A stretch of 64,000 nucleotides of DNA, taken from the NCBI GenBank assembly GCA_965208125.1, contig OZ242320.1, positions 2,784,001 to 2,848,000 on the forward strand. The letters are read 5' to 3'. The notes beneath the pieces are model-generated. The model worked only from the letters and a program-made list of their open reading frames with translations. It was not told the origin of the DNA and ran no database searches. The stretch is from Candidatus Latescibacterota bacterium. GTDB lineage: Bacteria > Latescibacterota > UBA2968. The translations under genes and the position numbers were made by a program. Of the stretch, positions 8,946 through 18,550 are shown one piece after another. The first letter of the stretch is position 1; the number at the start of each line of letters is the position of its first letter.

Positions 8946-10553
8946 ATGGATGTGAAAAATTTTTGGAAAACAGGTGTGCCATTTATCTGGTTGACCGGTA
9001 GCGCGCTGGCGCTTTGTTTGCTTATGATTACAGGGCTGATCGCGCTGGTTATGTACAATGGCACCGGATTTTTCTGGCCCTCGGATATCGAAGCAGTGAT
9101 ACTCAAAGATGGTCGGAAAGCGATGGGGCAGCGGTGGGGCAAACAGGAGATTCCAGCATCGCATCGAACGGGATCCGGGCTATTTCGCATTCAGCTCAAA
9201 GTGGGCAATCGCGATGTGTATAGCAGCGATTTTCAATGGATAGATGAATCGGATATTCAATCGACGGACTATCCCGTAGATGCGGTGGTTTTTGAGCGGC
9301 GCGAGTGGGGCAATTTTTACGGGTTTATCGAAGCTCTGTACGAAGGTGAAACCCAGATGTCGAATACATGGGATGTGCTGCAAGCACAATTGGATAATAC
9401 CCGGCAACGACACGAACAGATTCGGCGAATTGAAAAAGATGCGATTGGCGACTTAAATCGGCAAATTGAAAATCTGCGACTAAAAAAACGCGAGATAGAA
9501 TTGGGTGGTGGAAATGCCGATGAAGTGGATGCGATTGATCGAGAGAACCGAACCTATTGGGAAGCTTATGAACAATTGGCTGACCAACTGGCGCAATTGC
9601 GTGCAGCCAACGAGACCTACCGCATAGATGTGCGGTTAATTGGCGGCGAGGTGCGGCAGATTGCCACGGCCGATATCGTGCGTGCTTATCGTCCCAATCG
9701 GCTGGGGATTTTGGGAAAAATGAGCGTTTATTTTGAGCGCGTTGGGGAATTTTTATTTGCTGAACCCCGTGAATCCAATACAGAAGGCGGGGTATTTCCC
9801 GCGATCTTTGGCACTGTTATGATGGTTTTTTTGATGAGTTTGGCGGCTGTGCCATTTGGTATCTTGGCCGCGCTCTATTTGCGCGAATACGCCAGGCAAG
9901 GTATTTTAGTTAGAGTGATTCGCATTGCGGTTAATAATCTGGCGGGTGTACCTTCTATTGTTTTTGGGATGTTTGGACTGGGATTTTTTGTTTATGGCAT
10001 TGGCGGAAGTATTGATCAACTCTTTTTTCCCGAAGCGTTGCCCACGCCCACATTTGGTACTGGCGGCATTTTGTGGGCTTCGTTGACCCTGGCATTGCTG
10101 ACAGTGCCGGTGATGATCGTTTCTGCTGAAGAAGCCCTTTCTGCCGTGCCGAGCGATGTGCGTGCCGGGTCGCTGGCTCTGGGGGCGACCAAGTTGCAGA
10201 CCATTTTGCGCGTGGTTTTGCCCGGCGCGCTGCCGGGTATTCTCACAGGCATTATTCTCGTGATTGCGCGCGGTGCTGGCGAAGTGGCTCCGCTGATGAT
10301 TACTGGCGTTGTGAAATTGGCTCCTGCGTTGCCCATGGATGGTATCTGGCCCTTTTTTCACCTGGAACGCAAGTTTATGCATCTGGGGTTTCACATTTAC
10401 GATGTGGGTTTCCAGTCGCCCAATGTCGAGGCGGCTCGTCCCATGGTATATACGACGACTTTATTGCTGATGGGAATTGTACTGGCTCTGAATCTGGTGG
10501 CTATTCTGGTTCGCAATCGGCTTCGCAAGCGCGTTGGTGGTGCGACGTTTTGA
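8946..10553 (+). CDS. pstA: Phosphate ABC transporter permease PstA
   Basis: PRESNTEGGVFPAIFGT, NLAGVPSIVFG, ARGAGEVAPL motifs. Confidence 0.95.
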   Translation: MDVKNFWKTGVPFIWLTGSALALCLLMITGLIALVMYNGTGFFWPSDIEAVILKDGRKAMGQRWGKQEIPASHRTGSGLFRIQLKVGNRDVYSSDFQWIDESDIQSTDYPVDAVVFERREWGNFYGFIEALYEGETQMSNTWDVLQAQLDNTRQRHEQIRRIEKDAIGDLNRQIENLRLKKREIELGGGNADEVDAIDRENRTYWEAYEQLADQLAQLRAANETYRIDVRLIGGEVRQIATADIVRAYRPNRLGILGKMSVYFERVGEFLFAEPRESNTEGGVFPAIFGTVMMVFLMSLAAVPFGILAALYLREYARQGILVRVIRIAVNNLAGVPSIVFGMFGLGFFVYGIGGSIDQLFFPEALPTPTFGTGGILWASLTLALLTVPVMIVSAEEALSAVPSDVRAGSLALGATKLQTILRVVLPGALPGILTGIILVIARGAGEVAPLMITGVVKLAPALPMDGIWPFFHLERKFMHLGFHIYDVGFQSPNVEAARPMVYTTTLLLMGIVLALNLVAILVRNRLRKRVGGATF

Positions 10554-10576
10554 ATAGGTGAGAGAAAGGAATCGCG

Positions 10577-11389
10577 ATGGCTGAAGCAGAACTTGCAAAT
10601 ACACGGTCCGATGAAGCAATTGTTCCAGATATTCAGAATCCCATTGTCACCATATCTAATCTGAGCCTGTATTACGGCGAGACGCAGGCCCTTTTTGACA
10701 TTGACATGCAGATTCCCGAGTATCAGGTAACGGCTTTGATCGGTCCTTCGGGGTGCGGGAAGTCAACGCTGTTGCGGTGCATGAATAGGCTGAACGATTT
10801 GATCGATTCGGTGCGTATCGAGGGTGCGGTTGAAATTGATAATGACGACATTTACAGTTCTGGTTATGATGTGATTTCGTTGCGCCGCCGGGTCGGGATG
10901 GTATTTCAAAAGTCCAATCCTTTTCCCAAGTCGATCTATGAGAATCTCGTTTACGGTTTGCGAATTGCAGGTGAAAATCGGCGGGCGGTGCTCAATGAGG
11001 TGGTGGAACGCAGTTTGCAGGCTGCCGCGCTTTGGGATGAAGTAAAAGACCGGCTCGATGACAGTGCTCTGGGGCTTTCGGGAGGACAACAGCAGAGGTT
11101 GTGCATTGCGCGTGCAATTGCCGTTGAGCCTGCGGTGATCTTGATGGATGAACCCTGTTCAGCACTGGATCCAATTGCGACAGGGCGCATTGAGGAGACA
11201 ATAGAAGAGCTCAAAAAGCAATATACGATTGTAATTGTAACACACAATATGCAACAAGCGTCGCGCATTTCGGACTATACGGCGTTTTTCTATTTGGGGC
11301 GTTTGATTGAGATGGCCGAAACGAGTGAGATGTTTACCAATCCGCAGCTCAAACAAACCGAAGATTATGTGACGGGGCGGTTTGGCTAA
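10577..11389 (+). CDS. pstB: Phosphate ABC transporter ATP-binding protein
   Basis: [40 protein letters not shown]. Confidence 0.97.
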   Translation: MAEAELANTRSDEAIVPDIQNPIVTISNLSLYYGETQALFDIDMQIPEYQVTALIGPSGCGKSTLLRCMNRLNDLIDSVRIEGAVEIDNDDIYSSGYDVISLRRRVGMVFQKSNPFPKSIYENLVYGLRIAGENRRAVLNEVVERSLQAAALWDEVKDRLDDSALGLSGGQQQRLCIARAIAVEPAVILMDEPCSALDPIATGRIEETIEELKKQYTIVIVTHNMQQASRISDYTAFFYLGRLIEMAETSEMFTNPQLKQTEDYVTGRFG

Positions 11390-11400
11390 GCAGAGGAGTA

Positions 11401-12084
11401 ATGATTATGGAGCGTACTCTTGACCAGCATCTCGACCACCTCAAAGGTGAGTTGTTGAAGATGGGCAGTGCGGTGGAAGAGTCGATTGAACAGGCAGTAC
11501 AATCGCTTGTAGAACGCGACAATCACCTCGCCGATGTGGTTGAAGAGGGTGGGCATCACATTGACGATTGGGAAGTGGAGATAGAAGAAGAGTGTTTGAA
11601 GTTGCTGGCTGTGCAGCAACCGGTGGCTGGCGATTTGCGCCTGGTGGCGAGTATGATAAAGATCAATTACGATCTCGAGCGCATCAATGATCAGGCGGTG
11701 AATATCGCGCAGCGCGCCCGCTTGCTCAATCAGATGCCGCAATTGAAACCGCTGATCGATATTCCGCGGATGGCTGTGTTAGCACGGGGTATGGTCAGGG
11801 ATGCTTTAGATGCTTTTGTCAATCGCGACGTGGAATTGGCCAATAAGGTGCGTAAAATTGACGATACAATGGATGCGTTGCGCGATCAAATTTTTCGGGA
11901 GTTGTTGACGTACTTAAACACGGGTATGTCCGCGACTGTAGATCAGGCAATTTTGCTCATTCTCGTGTCCCGGCATTTGGAGCGCATAGGCGATCATTCA
12001 TCCAATATTGCCGAAAATGTCGTCTATCTCGTTCAGGGACGCATTGTGAGACATCAAAAGGAGGAATTGCGCGCAGAGGAGTAA
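11401..12084 (+). CDS. phoU: Phosphate signalling protein PhoU
   Basis: QPVAGDLR, DLERIND and HLERIGDH repeats; follows pstB. Confidence 0.95.
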   Translation: MIMERTLDQHLDHLKGELLKMGSAVEESIEQAVQSLVERDNHLADVVEEGGHHIDDWEVEIEEECLKLLAVQQPVAGDLRLVASMIKINYDLERINDQAVNIAQRARLLNQMPQLKPLIDIPRMAVLARGMVRDALDAFVNRDVELANKVRKIDDTMDALRDQIFRELLTYLNTGMSATVDQAILLILVSRHLERIGDHSSNIAENVVYLVQGRIVRHQKEELRAEE

Positions 12085-12103
12085 TCCCTCTTTGTGGCGA
12101 ACA

Positions 12104-12135
12104 CTGTCGCGTAAATGACACGCGATTGTAACACC
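12104..12135 (+). promoter_or_regulatory. Third Pho-box-like array, downstream of phoU
   Basis: GTCGC/GACAC/GTAAC at 12106, 12117, 12128 (11-bp phase). Confidence 0.5.
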
Positions 12136-12175
12136 GCGATGATATCATATCCAAAGCACGACGTATTCTCCCTCT

Positions 12176-12211
12176 TGGGAACCGGCCCGCGACCCGGTTC
12201 CCATTTTTTTT
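12176..12211 (+). terminator. Rho-independent terminator
   Basis: TGGGAACCGG-N8-CCGGTTCCCA followed by T8. Confidence 0.85.
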
Positions 12212-12318
12212 GCCCCGAACATGAATTCGGGGCTTTTTCGTTGACCCAAAATTGGTACCTGTGTATTTTACTATCTGGAGATGCTACTATATTATATTAG
12301 TATTAAAAAATAAGGTGG

Positions 12319-12867
12319 TTGACCTCTTTGCCCAATTGCATAAAATCCGAAGCCCGATTTTGCGAGCGCTGTGGGACTTTGCTGGTTGTAAAAGCAGTTG
12401 AAGATCGGGAGAGGCCTTGTTGTCCGTCGTGTGGATTTGTGGCCTATCTCGATCCCAAGGTAGCAGCCGGGGTTATTGTAACCCTCGATGGTGGCGTTGT
12501 CCTGCTCAAGCGCAATATTGATCCCGGGTTTGGCAAGTGGGTGTTCCCCGGCGGATATGTGGATGCGGGCGAGCCTACCGATGTCGCGGCTGTGCGCGAA
12601 ACCCGCGAGGAAGTGGGGTTAGAGGTCGAGATCGGCGAGTTGCTCGGTGTGTTGTCTTATGAAGGGGAGCGGGTGGTGCTGATTGTTTATACCGGACGGG
12701 TTGTGGGCGGAAAGTTGGAAGGCAATTTTGAATCGCAGGCTGTGGCTACATTTGCCCCTCGGGATATTCCATGGAATGATCTGGCTTTTGACACAACGAG
12801 AGAGGCATTGCAAATTTGGGTGGCGCAGTATGGCGAAGTGTACGAAAAAGAAAGGTTATTATGCTGA
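12319..12867 (+). CDS. NUDIX hydrolase with N-terminal zinc ribbon
   Basis: CERCG/CPSCG cysteines and Nudix box GGYVDAGEPTDVAAVRETREEVG; TTG start. Confidence 0.9.
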   Translation: MTSLPNCIKSEARFCERCGTLLVVKAVEDRERPCCPSCGFVAYLDPKVAAGVIVTLDGGVVLLKRNIDPGFGKWVFPGGYVDAGEPTDVAAVRETREEVGLEVEIGELLGVLSYEGERVVLIVYTGRVVGGKLEGNFESQAVATFAPRDIPWNDLAFDTTREALQIWVAQYGEVYEKERLLC

Positions 12868-13772
12868 ATTCTATTGAAGATGTTGAAGAGCGGTTTGCCG
12901 AGCAGGGTTATATCACTGACCGCACATTGGCAACGACGATTTTTTTGGCACAGTCGCTTGGCAAACCAATTTTTCTGGAGGGAGAACCAGGCGTTGGAAA
13001 GACAGAAGTGGCCAAAGTTATGGCCAGTATTTTTGATACTGAATTGATTCGATTGCAGTGCTATGAAGGCATTGATGCCAATACGGCATTGTACGAGTGG
13101 AACTATCCGCGCCAGATGCTGGAGTTAAGGCTTGAAGAAGCGCAGGGGATCGACAAGGCCGAAATTGGTCAGAATATTTTTCGCGAAGATTTTTTGCTCA
13201 AGCGCCCCCTTTTGTCGGCTCTTGAGGGTAGCGCAGAAAAGCAACAGGTGTTGTTGATTGACGAAGTGGATCGGTCGGATGAAGAGTTTGAAGCGTTTTT
13301 GCTCGAAGTGTTGTCCGATTTCCAGATTACGATTCCCGAAATTGGTGCGATAAGAGCGATGCAAGTGCCGTTTGTCGTGCTTACGTCCAACCGCACGCGC
13401 GAGTTGCACGATGCACTGAAGCGCCGGTGTTTGTATTTGTGGATTGATTATCCCACGTTTAGCAAAGAAATGGATATTGTGCGGTCGCGTGTGTCGGGCG
13501 TGCAGAACGAATTGGCACAACAGGTTTGCGGGTTTATGCAATTGTTGCGCAATCGCGATTTTTACAAAAAACCCGGCGTTGCCGAAACGATTGATTGGGC
13601 GCTGGCTCTAATGGCTATGCAAGTTGACGAATTGGATCCTCAGACAGTTGATGCGACATTGGGATGCGTTTTGAAGTATAAAGAAGATATTGAAAAAATT
13701 CAGGAAGACGGCCTGCCACAACTGATTGAGAAGGCCCGATTGTTAAAAGAACGCACGCAAGTTGCCGTTTAG
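12861..13772 (+). CDS. MoxR family AAA+ ATPase (CoxD-like)
   Basis: GEPGVGKT, RLQCYEG, LLIDEVD, LHDALKRRC. Confidence 0.9.
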   Translation: MLNSIEDVEERFAEQGYITDRTLATTIFLAQSLGKPIFLEGEPGVGKTEVAKVMASIFDTELIRLQCYEGIDANTALYEWNYPRQMLELRLEEAQGIDKAEIGQNIFREDFLLKRPLLSALEGSAEKQQVLLIDEVDRSDEEFEAFLLEVLSDFQITIPEIGAIRAMQVPFVVLTSNRTRELHDALKRRCLYLWIDYPTFSKEMDIVRSRVSGVQNELAQQVCGFMQLLRNRDFYKKPGVAETIDWALALMAMQVDELDPQTVDATLGCVLKYKEDIEKIQEDGLPQLIEKARLLKERTQVAV

Positions 13773-13780
13773 GAGATTAT

Positions 13781-14917
13781 ATGCCAAGGACTATGCTGGG
13801 ACGAGTTGTCGGTTTTTCAAGGGCTTTGCACAGTGCAGGTGTTGAAGTCAATGCGGGCAATCTCATCGATTTGTGCGACAGTTTTCAATATATCAGCCTG
13901 CACAATCGAAGCGATTTTTACGCTGCTGCGCGTGCAACACTGGTGTCGCGTTACGACGATCTGGAGACTTTTGACGAGGTTTTCAGGACTTTCTGGGCGC
14001 GGCCGATTTTGCCCGACGATATGACGCTGACCGATACGGATGCTGGCGGAGATCCAGATCTCGATGTGCAGGCAGATGTCAATGAGGTGGTGGATACCGC
14101 AGATTTGCAGGAAGAGGCCGAGGGGGAGGGCGAATCCGAGGAGGTTGGGTATAGCCCCGATGAGGCCTTGATGGCGAAAGATCTGGCGGCAATGTCCGAT
14201 CGCGAGATTGAGCAGGCCCGAAAGGTGATTCACGAGATTGTGAATATTATTGCCAATCGCCGCAGTCGCAGGCGCGTGCCCGAAAATCGGGGGGCTGAAC
14301 TGGATTTCAGGCGCACATGGCGGCGCAATGCACTATATGGTTCTGATGGTGTGGAATTGATGATGAAGCGGCGGCGCATCAAAAAGACCAAGCTGATGTT
14401 GTTGTGTGATGTGAGTGGGTCTATGGATTGTTATAGCCGCTTTTTAATCCGCTTTATCTACGCGCTCAAGCGCGAAATCCGAGATGTGGAGGTCGGGGTG
14501 TTTTCCACGCGGATGACCGCGATTTCGCGGCTGCTGAAAACAAAAGGTATTGAAGAGTCACTCGTGGAAGTGGCTGATACAGTACACGACTGGGCAGGTG
14601 GAACAGATATTGGCGGGTGTTTGCGCGAGTTTAACGATCAGTTTGCGCGCGATATGTTGCACTCGCGCACTGTGATGATTATTGTGAGCGATGGCTGGGA
14701 TCGGGGTGATCCCGATTTGATGCGGCAAGAGATGGCGCGCTTGCGAAAGCGCGTGCATAAGTTGATGTGGCTCAACCCGCTTTTGGGTACGCCGGGGTAT
14801 CAGCCCCTGTGTTTGGGGATGAAGACAGCACTTCCATATCTGGATTATTTTTTGCCCGCACACAATCTGGAGAGTTTGATTCAACTTGCCCGAACACTGC
14901 GGTCTGTTTGGAAGTAG
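13781..14917 (+). CDS. VWA-domain protein (CoxE-like)
   Basis: DVSGSM MIDAS motif, WAGGTDIG, SDGWDRG, WLNPL. Confidence 0.9.
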   Translation: MPRTMLGRVVGFSRALHSAGVEVNAGNLIDLCDSFQYISLHNRSDFYAAARATLVSRYDDLETFDEVFRTFWARPILPDDMTLTDTDAGGDPDLDVQADVNEVVDTADLQEEAEGEGESEEVGYSPDEALMAKDLAAMSDREIEQARKVIHEIVNIIANRRSRRRVPENRGAELDFRRTWRRNALYGSDGVELMMKRRRIKKTKLMLLCDVSGSMDCYSRFLIRFIYALKREIRDVEVGVFSTRMTAISRLLKTKGIEESLVEVADTVHDWAGGTDIGGCLREFNDQFARDMLHSRTVMIIVSDGWDRGDPDLMRQEMARLRKRVHKLMWLNPLLGTPGYQPLCLGMKTALPYLDYFLPAHNLESLIQLARTLRSVWK

Positions 14918-14926
14918 GGGGATGTT

Positions 14927-16018
14927 ATGGCTGGTCGTGATGTTTTTCAAGAGGCACTGACTCTGATTTCTCAGGGGGAAAAGGCCGCCTTATCGACTAT
15001 TGTATCGAGTAAGGGGTCTTTGCCGATGAGCAAAAAGGCCAAGATGCTCGTGCGTCCCGATGGCGTGATTATAGGTACGGTGGGCGGCGGTTGTTTGGAA
15101 GCCGATGTGTGGGCCGAAGCCCGTCATGTGATGGAAACCGAAGCACCGACGTTGCAGAAGTTTATTTTGACGGAGAAACACGCGGGCGAAAATGGCCTCA
15201 ATTGCGGTGGCAATGTCGAGATTTTTACCGAACCTCTGCTGCCCGATCGCGCAGATGATATGCTCGCCGAGATTGCGCGAGTTCGCAAAGTGCGCGGTTC
15301 GGCTGTGTTGGCGACACTGGTTTCGGGCGGCGATCAGGTGGGTGCGAAGTTACTGGTACATCCCGATGGTAGAACAGTGGGGAGCCTGGGCCATGATCTT
15401 GCCGAAGCCTGTGTGCGCGAAGAGGTGGCGGCTTTTGAGGCGATTCCGGAGAGTTTGCTCAAAGTTATAAAGATCGGCTCGGAACCCGTTGTGGTCTTTT
15501 TGGAATCTATTTGTCCCGAACCCACGCTGTTTTTGTTTGGTGGGGGGCATGTGTCCTATGCCATTGCACAGATTGCACATTCGGTCGGGTTTCGGATTGT
15601 GGTTATTGACGACCGGCCCATGTTTGCCAACAAAGAGCGGTTTCCCATGGCGAGTGAGACGCTGACGCTGGAGATGGAGACGGCTTTTGATCATCTAATT
15701 GTTGACGATTTGTCTTATGTGGTGGCTGTGACGCGGGGACACCAGCACGACAAGCCGGTCATTGAGCAGGCAATAAATACTCAGGCGGCGTATGTCGGTA
15801 TGATTGGCAGCCGTCGCAAGATCGCATTGATGTGGAAAGAGTTTGAGGCCAAAGGCATTCCGCGAGAAAAATTGGATGCGGTTCACGCGCCGATTGGATT
15901 GGATATCGGTGCAGATACGCCCGAAGAAATCGCCGTGAGTATTGTGTCAGAACTCATTCAGGTGCGCCGGTCACAAGGGAAACCCATTCACCAGGGTATG
16001 TCGCTGTCATCGGTGTGA
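14927..16018 (+). CDS. XdhC/CoxF-CoxI family molybdoenzyme maturation factor
   Basis: GTVGGGCLE, CGG, FGGGHV, YVGMIGSRRK, APIGLDIGADTPEEIAVSI. Confidence 0.92.
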   Translation: MAGRDVFQEALTLISQGEKAALSTIVSSKGSLPMSKKAKMLVRPDGVIIGTVGGGCLEADVWAEARHVMETEAPTLQKFILTEKHAGENGLNCGGNVEIFTEPLLPDRADDMLAEIARVRKVRGSAVLATLVSGGDQVGAKLLVHPDGRTVGSLGHDLAEACVREEVAAFEAIPESLLKVIKIGSEPVVVFLESICPEPTLFLFGGGHVSYAIAQIAHSVGFRIVVIDDRPMFANKERFPMASETLTLEMETAFDHLIVDDLSYVVAVTRGHQHDKPVIEQAINTQAAYVGMIGSRRKIALMWKEFEAKGIPREKLDAVHAPIGLDIGADTPEEIAVSIVSELIQVRRSQGKPIHQGMSLSSV

Positions 16019-16039
16019 AGTGAGAAGCATAAAGACGGA

Positions 16040-18319
16040 ATGGAGAGAGATCAGGCCCTGAAAAGTTTTTTCAAAATATGTTGTGGCGTGATGCTATCTA
16101 CAATTCTGACGTTGGCTTCGATGAGCGTGAGCACGGTTGGTATTGCGCTGGCAGCGGCGCCCTCGCAAAAGCCACGGCTGGGTAAAGTTAGCTTTGATCA
16201 AGTGATCGATGTGAACAATATCGCGATGTTTGTGACCAATCAGGGATCGTTTGCCTGGAATCTGACGACTGGATATTCGGGTCTTGAATTTCCCAAGGGC
16301 ACGTACGGGCAAACTGCGGTCTTTGCCGCGGGACCGTGGATTGCGGGCAAGGTCAATGGCGAGATTCGCGTGGCGATTGCCGAGTATTCATTTGAGTTTG
16401 CGCCCGGGCCTATTTTGCCCGATGGCACACCCGCTGACCCACAACTCGACCGCTATCGCGTGTATAAGATCAACAAAGGCGATGGTCCGGAAAATCCGGA
16501 TTACGCGCAGTGGCCGGTTGAAGACGGTGCGCCAGTTAATCCCGACGGTACGCCAATGGTGCTGGGTGATCAGACCCTGTGGGCGGTGTATAACGATGCC
16601 GATCCCGGCGTTCACGTCAATATGCAGACCGCGCCTTTGGGCATTGAAATACAGCAGACGACATTTGGGTTTGACCGCACAGATCCACTTGGCAATGTGG
16701 TATTCATCAAATTTTTAATCATCAACAAGGGTGGTAATACCATCGACAGCACGTATGTGTCGCTGTGGTCTGATCCCGATCTGGGGCAGTTAGATAACGA
16801 CCTGGTGGGTTGTGATGTGGAGACCAGCTTTGGGTTTTGTTATAACGGATCGAATACAGACTCGCAGTATGGTTCGTCACCTCCAGCCGTGGGGTATGAC
16901 TTTTTTAAGGGTCCGATTGGCGATGACGGTGTGGAATTGCCGATGACGTCGTTTAACAAATATATCAACGGTACCGATCCATACACCGCAGAACAGGTCT
17001 ATAACTATATGAAGGGCCTTGATCCAGATGGCGGTGTGGCTCTGCACACTGATCCGATTACGGGTCAGGTGAAGGCATTTATGGTCGATGGCGATCCGGT
17101 TGCGGGTACGGGCTGGCTTGACGAAAATCCGGCTGACCGGCGTTTGATGCTCACGGCGGGTCCATTTACCTTCGCACCTGGCGATACGCAGGAAGTGGTG
17201 GTGGGGATTATTATGGGTCAAGGTCAAGATCGTCTCACGTCGATTACGGCTGTGCGGGTTAACGATACGTTTGCACAATCGGCTTTTGATGCCGATTTTG
17301 TTGTATTTCCTCCGCCTCCGCCTCCGTCTCCTCCGACGCCTCCGCCCCCTCCGCCCCCACCTCCTGTTGGTATAAAGGATTGGGATATTCCATCGGGCGG
17401 GCGCTGGTACACCTGGGCAAATACCGATTGGGGGGCCGAAGGCTTCGGTGGTGCAATGACGGGCGATATTGCCCATCAATGGTTTGGCCCGACGAGTGTG
17501 CCACCTTCGCGCTTGGTCAATGTGGAATTGCGATTTACCAGTGTGATTGAAGATGAAGGCGAAGATCAGTACAAACCCATTGACTTGACCAATCCCAATG
17601 TGTCGTGGGGATATCGGTATTTGCGCAGCGCAGGTGCTCCTGCTCCTGCACCGGCAGATCAGACGACTACAAAATCACCTTATGACTGGAGCAATTATAT
17701 CATCAATACATCGGGTCCCGGTGAATATGTGTATCAGGAGCGCAATCCAATCGCGCTTTCGGCCTGGGATGTTGAAAATAACCGCCGTCTCGAAGTGGGT
17801 TGGCTGGAAAACAATCAGCCCGGCGGCCTGGTCAATGGTGCGTATGGTCCGGCCTATTACAACGATGTGAGCAATCTGGCGACCAGTGGACCGCGCGAGT
17901 GGCTGTTCATTTTTGATCGGGATTATACCGAGCCGGATGATGATTCCAATTTGGCGGAGTTGTCACAGGGCTTGATCAACGACAACCCGGCGCCGCCCAT
18001 TATGTATATCATTTTTGCTGCGCGCCGTATCGCGGATCGGTTTCCGCAGGATGGCGATTCGTTTTTGATTCTGGTCAATCGCGTCAACGACACCAATCCC
18101 GGCGATTTTAATGGCGATGGCACGATTAACTTTTCCGATTTTCTTTTGTTCATTGTGGCTTTTGGTACAGGTTCAGGAGATGCAGGTTTCGATGCTCAGA
18201 TGGATCTCAATGGCGATGGCATGATTGACTTTTCCGATTTTCTGATCTTTGTCGGTCATTATGGGAGTGGTACCTCTGGTTCGAAGGCCGCGCTGCCACT
18301 GCCCTTTCCCTATAGGTAA
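16040..18319 (+). CDS. Secreted protein, paralogue of 21455..24577, with poly-Pro linker and C-terminal EF-hand/dockerin-like tail
   Basis: Signal peptide; two blocks nearly identical to the downstream gene; PPPPPPSPPTPPPPPPPP linker; duplicated DxNGDGxIxFSDFL Ca-binding motifs; start could be 16091. Confidence 0.8.
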   Translation: MERDQALKSFFKICCGVMLSTILTLASMSVSTVGIALAAAPSQKPRLGKVSFDQVIDVNNIAMFVTNQGSFAWNLTTGYSGLEFPKGTYGQTAVFAAGPWIAGKVNGEIRVAIAEYSFEFAPGPILPDGTPADPQLDRYRVYKINKGDGPENPDYAQWPVEDGAPVNPDGTPMVLGDQTLWAVYNDADPGVHVNMQTAPLGIEIQQTTFGFDRTDPLGNVVFIKFLIINKGGNTIDSTYVSLWSDPDLGQLDNDLVGCDVETSFGFCYNGSNTDSQYGSSPPAVGYDFFKGPIGDDGVELPMTSFNKYINGTDPYTAEQVYNYMKGLDPDGGVALHTDPITGQVKAFMVDGDPVAGTGWLDENPADRRLMLTAGPFTFAPGDTQEVVVGIIMGQGQDRLTSITAVRVNDTFAQSAFDADFVVFPPPPPPSPPTPPPPPPPPPVGIKDWDIPSGGRWYTWANTDWGAEGFGGAMTGDIAHQWFGPTSVPPSRLVNVELRFTSVIEDEGEDQYKPIDLTNPNVSWGYRYLRSAGAPAPAPADQTTTKSPYDWSNYIINTSGPGEYVYQERNPIALSAWDVENNRRLEVGWLENNQPGGLVNGAYGPAYYNDVSNLATSGPREWLFIFDRDYTEPDDDSNLAELSQGLINDNPAPPIMYIIFAARRIADRFPQDGDSFLILVNRVNDTNPGDFNGDGTINFSDFLLFIVAFGTGSGDAGFDAQMDLNGDGMIDFSDFLIFVGHYGSGTSGSKAALPLPFPYR
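16103..17300 (+). repeat. Long direct repeat A, copy 1 (about 1.2 kb)
   Basis: Co-linear with 21473..22667; mostly synonymous differences and one 3-nt indel by eye. Confidence 0.9.
17309..17365 (+). repeat. CCN-codon low-complexity tract (poly-proline)
   Basis: cctccgcctccgcctccgtctcctccgacgcctccgccccctccgcccccacctcct. Confidence 0.9.
17369..18079 (+). repeat. Long direct repeat B, copy 1 (about 0.7 kb)
   Basis: Co-linear with 23462..24181; near-identical framework interrupted by divergent segments. Confidence 0.85.
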
Positions 18320-18550
18320 AAATTGGAACAACAAGTATGGAGGCCATTATGTCATCTGGTTGTGAGTTGTCTTTATGAGAGATTTATGCAAGTGAGGTTC
18401 GGCAAGAACTTTCACAATGGTTTACTGTCGGGGGAGAACAAGGAGGTGATGCAAGCGACATAGTTGTAAACGATTTACGTGAGGGGGGAAGAATGAGAGG
18501 CGCGTGTCTTTAAGTCTGGTTTTCGAAATTATTTCAGAAGGGAGTTAACC

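Noticed and set aside
16877-17479. Poly-Arg/poly-Gly ORFs on the minus strand
   Set aside because: Alternative readings of the poly-proline codon tract.
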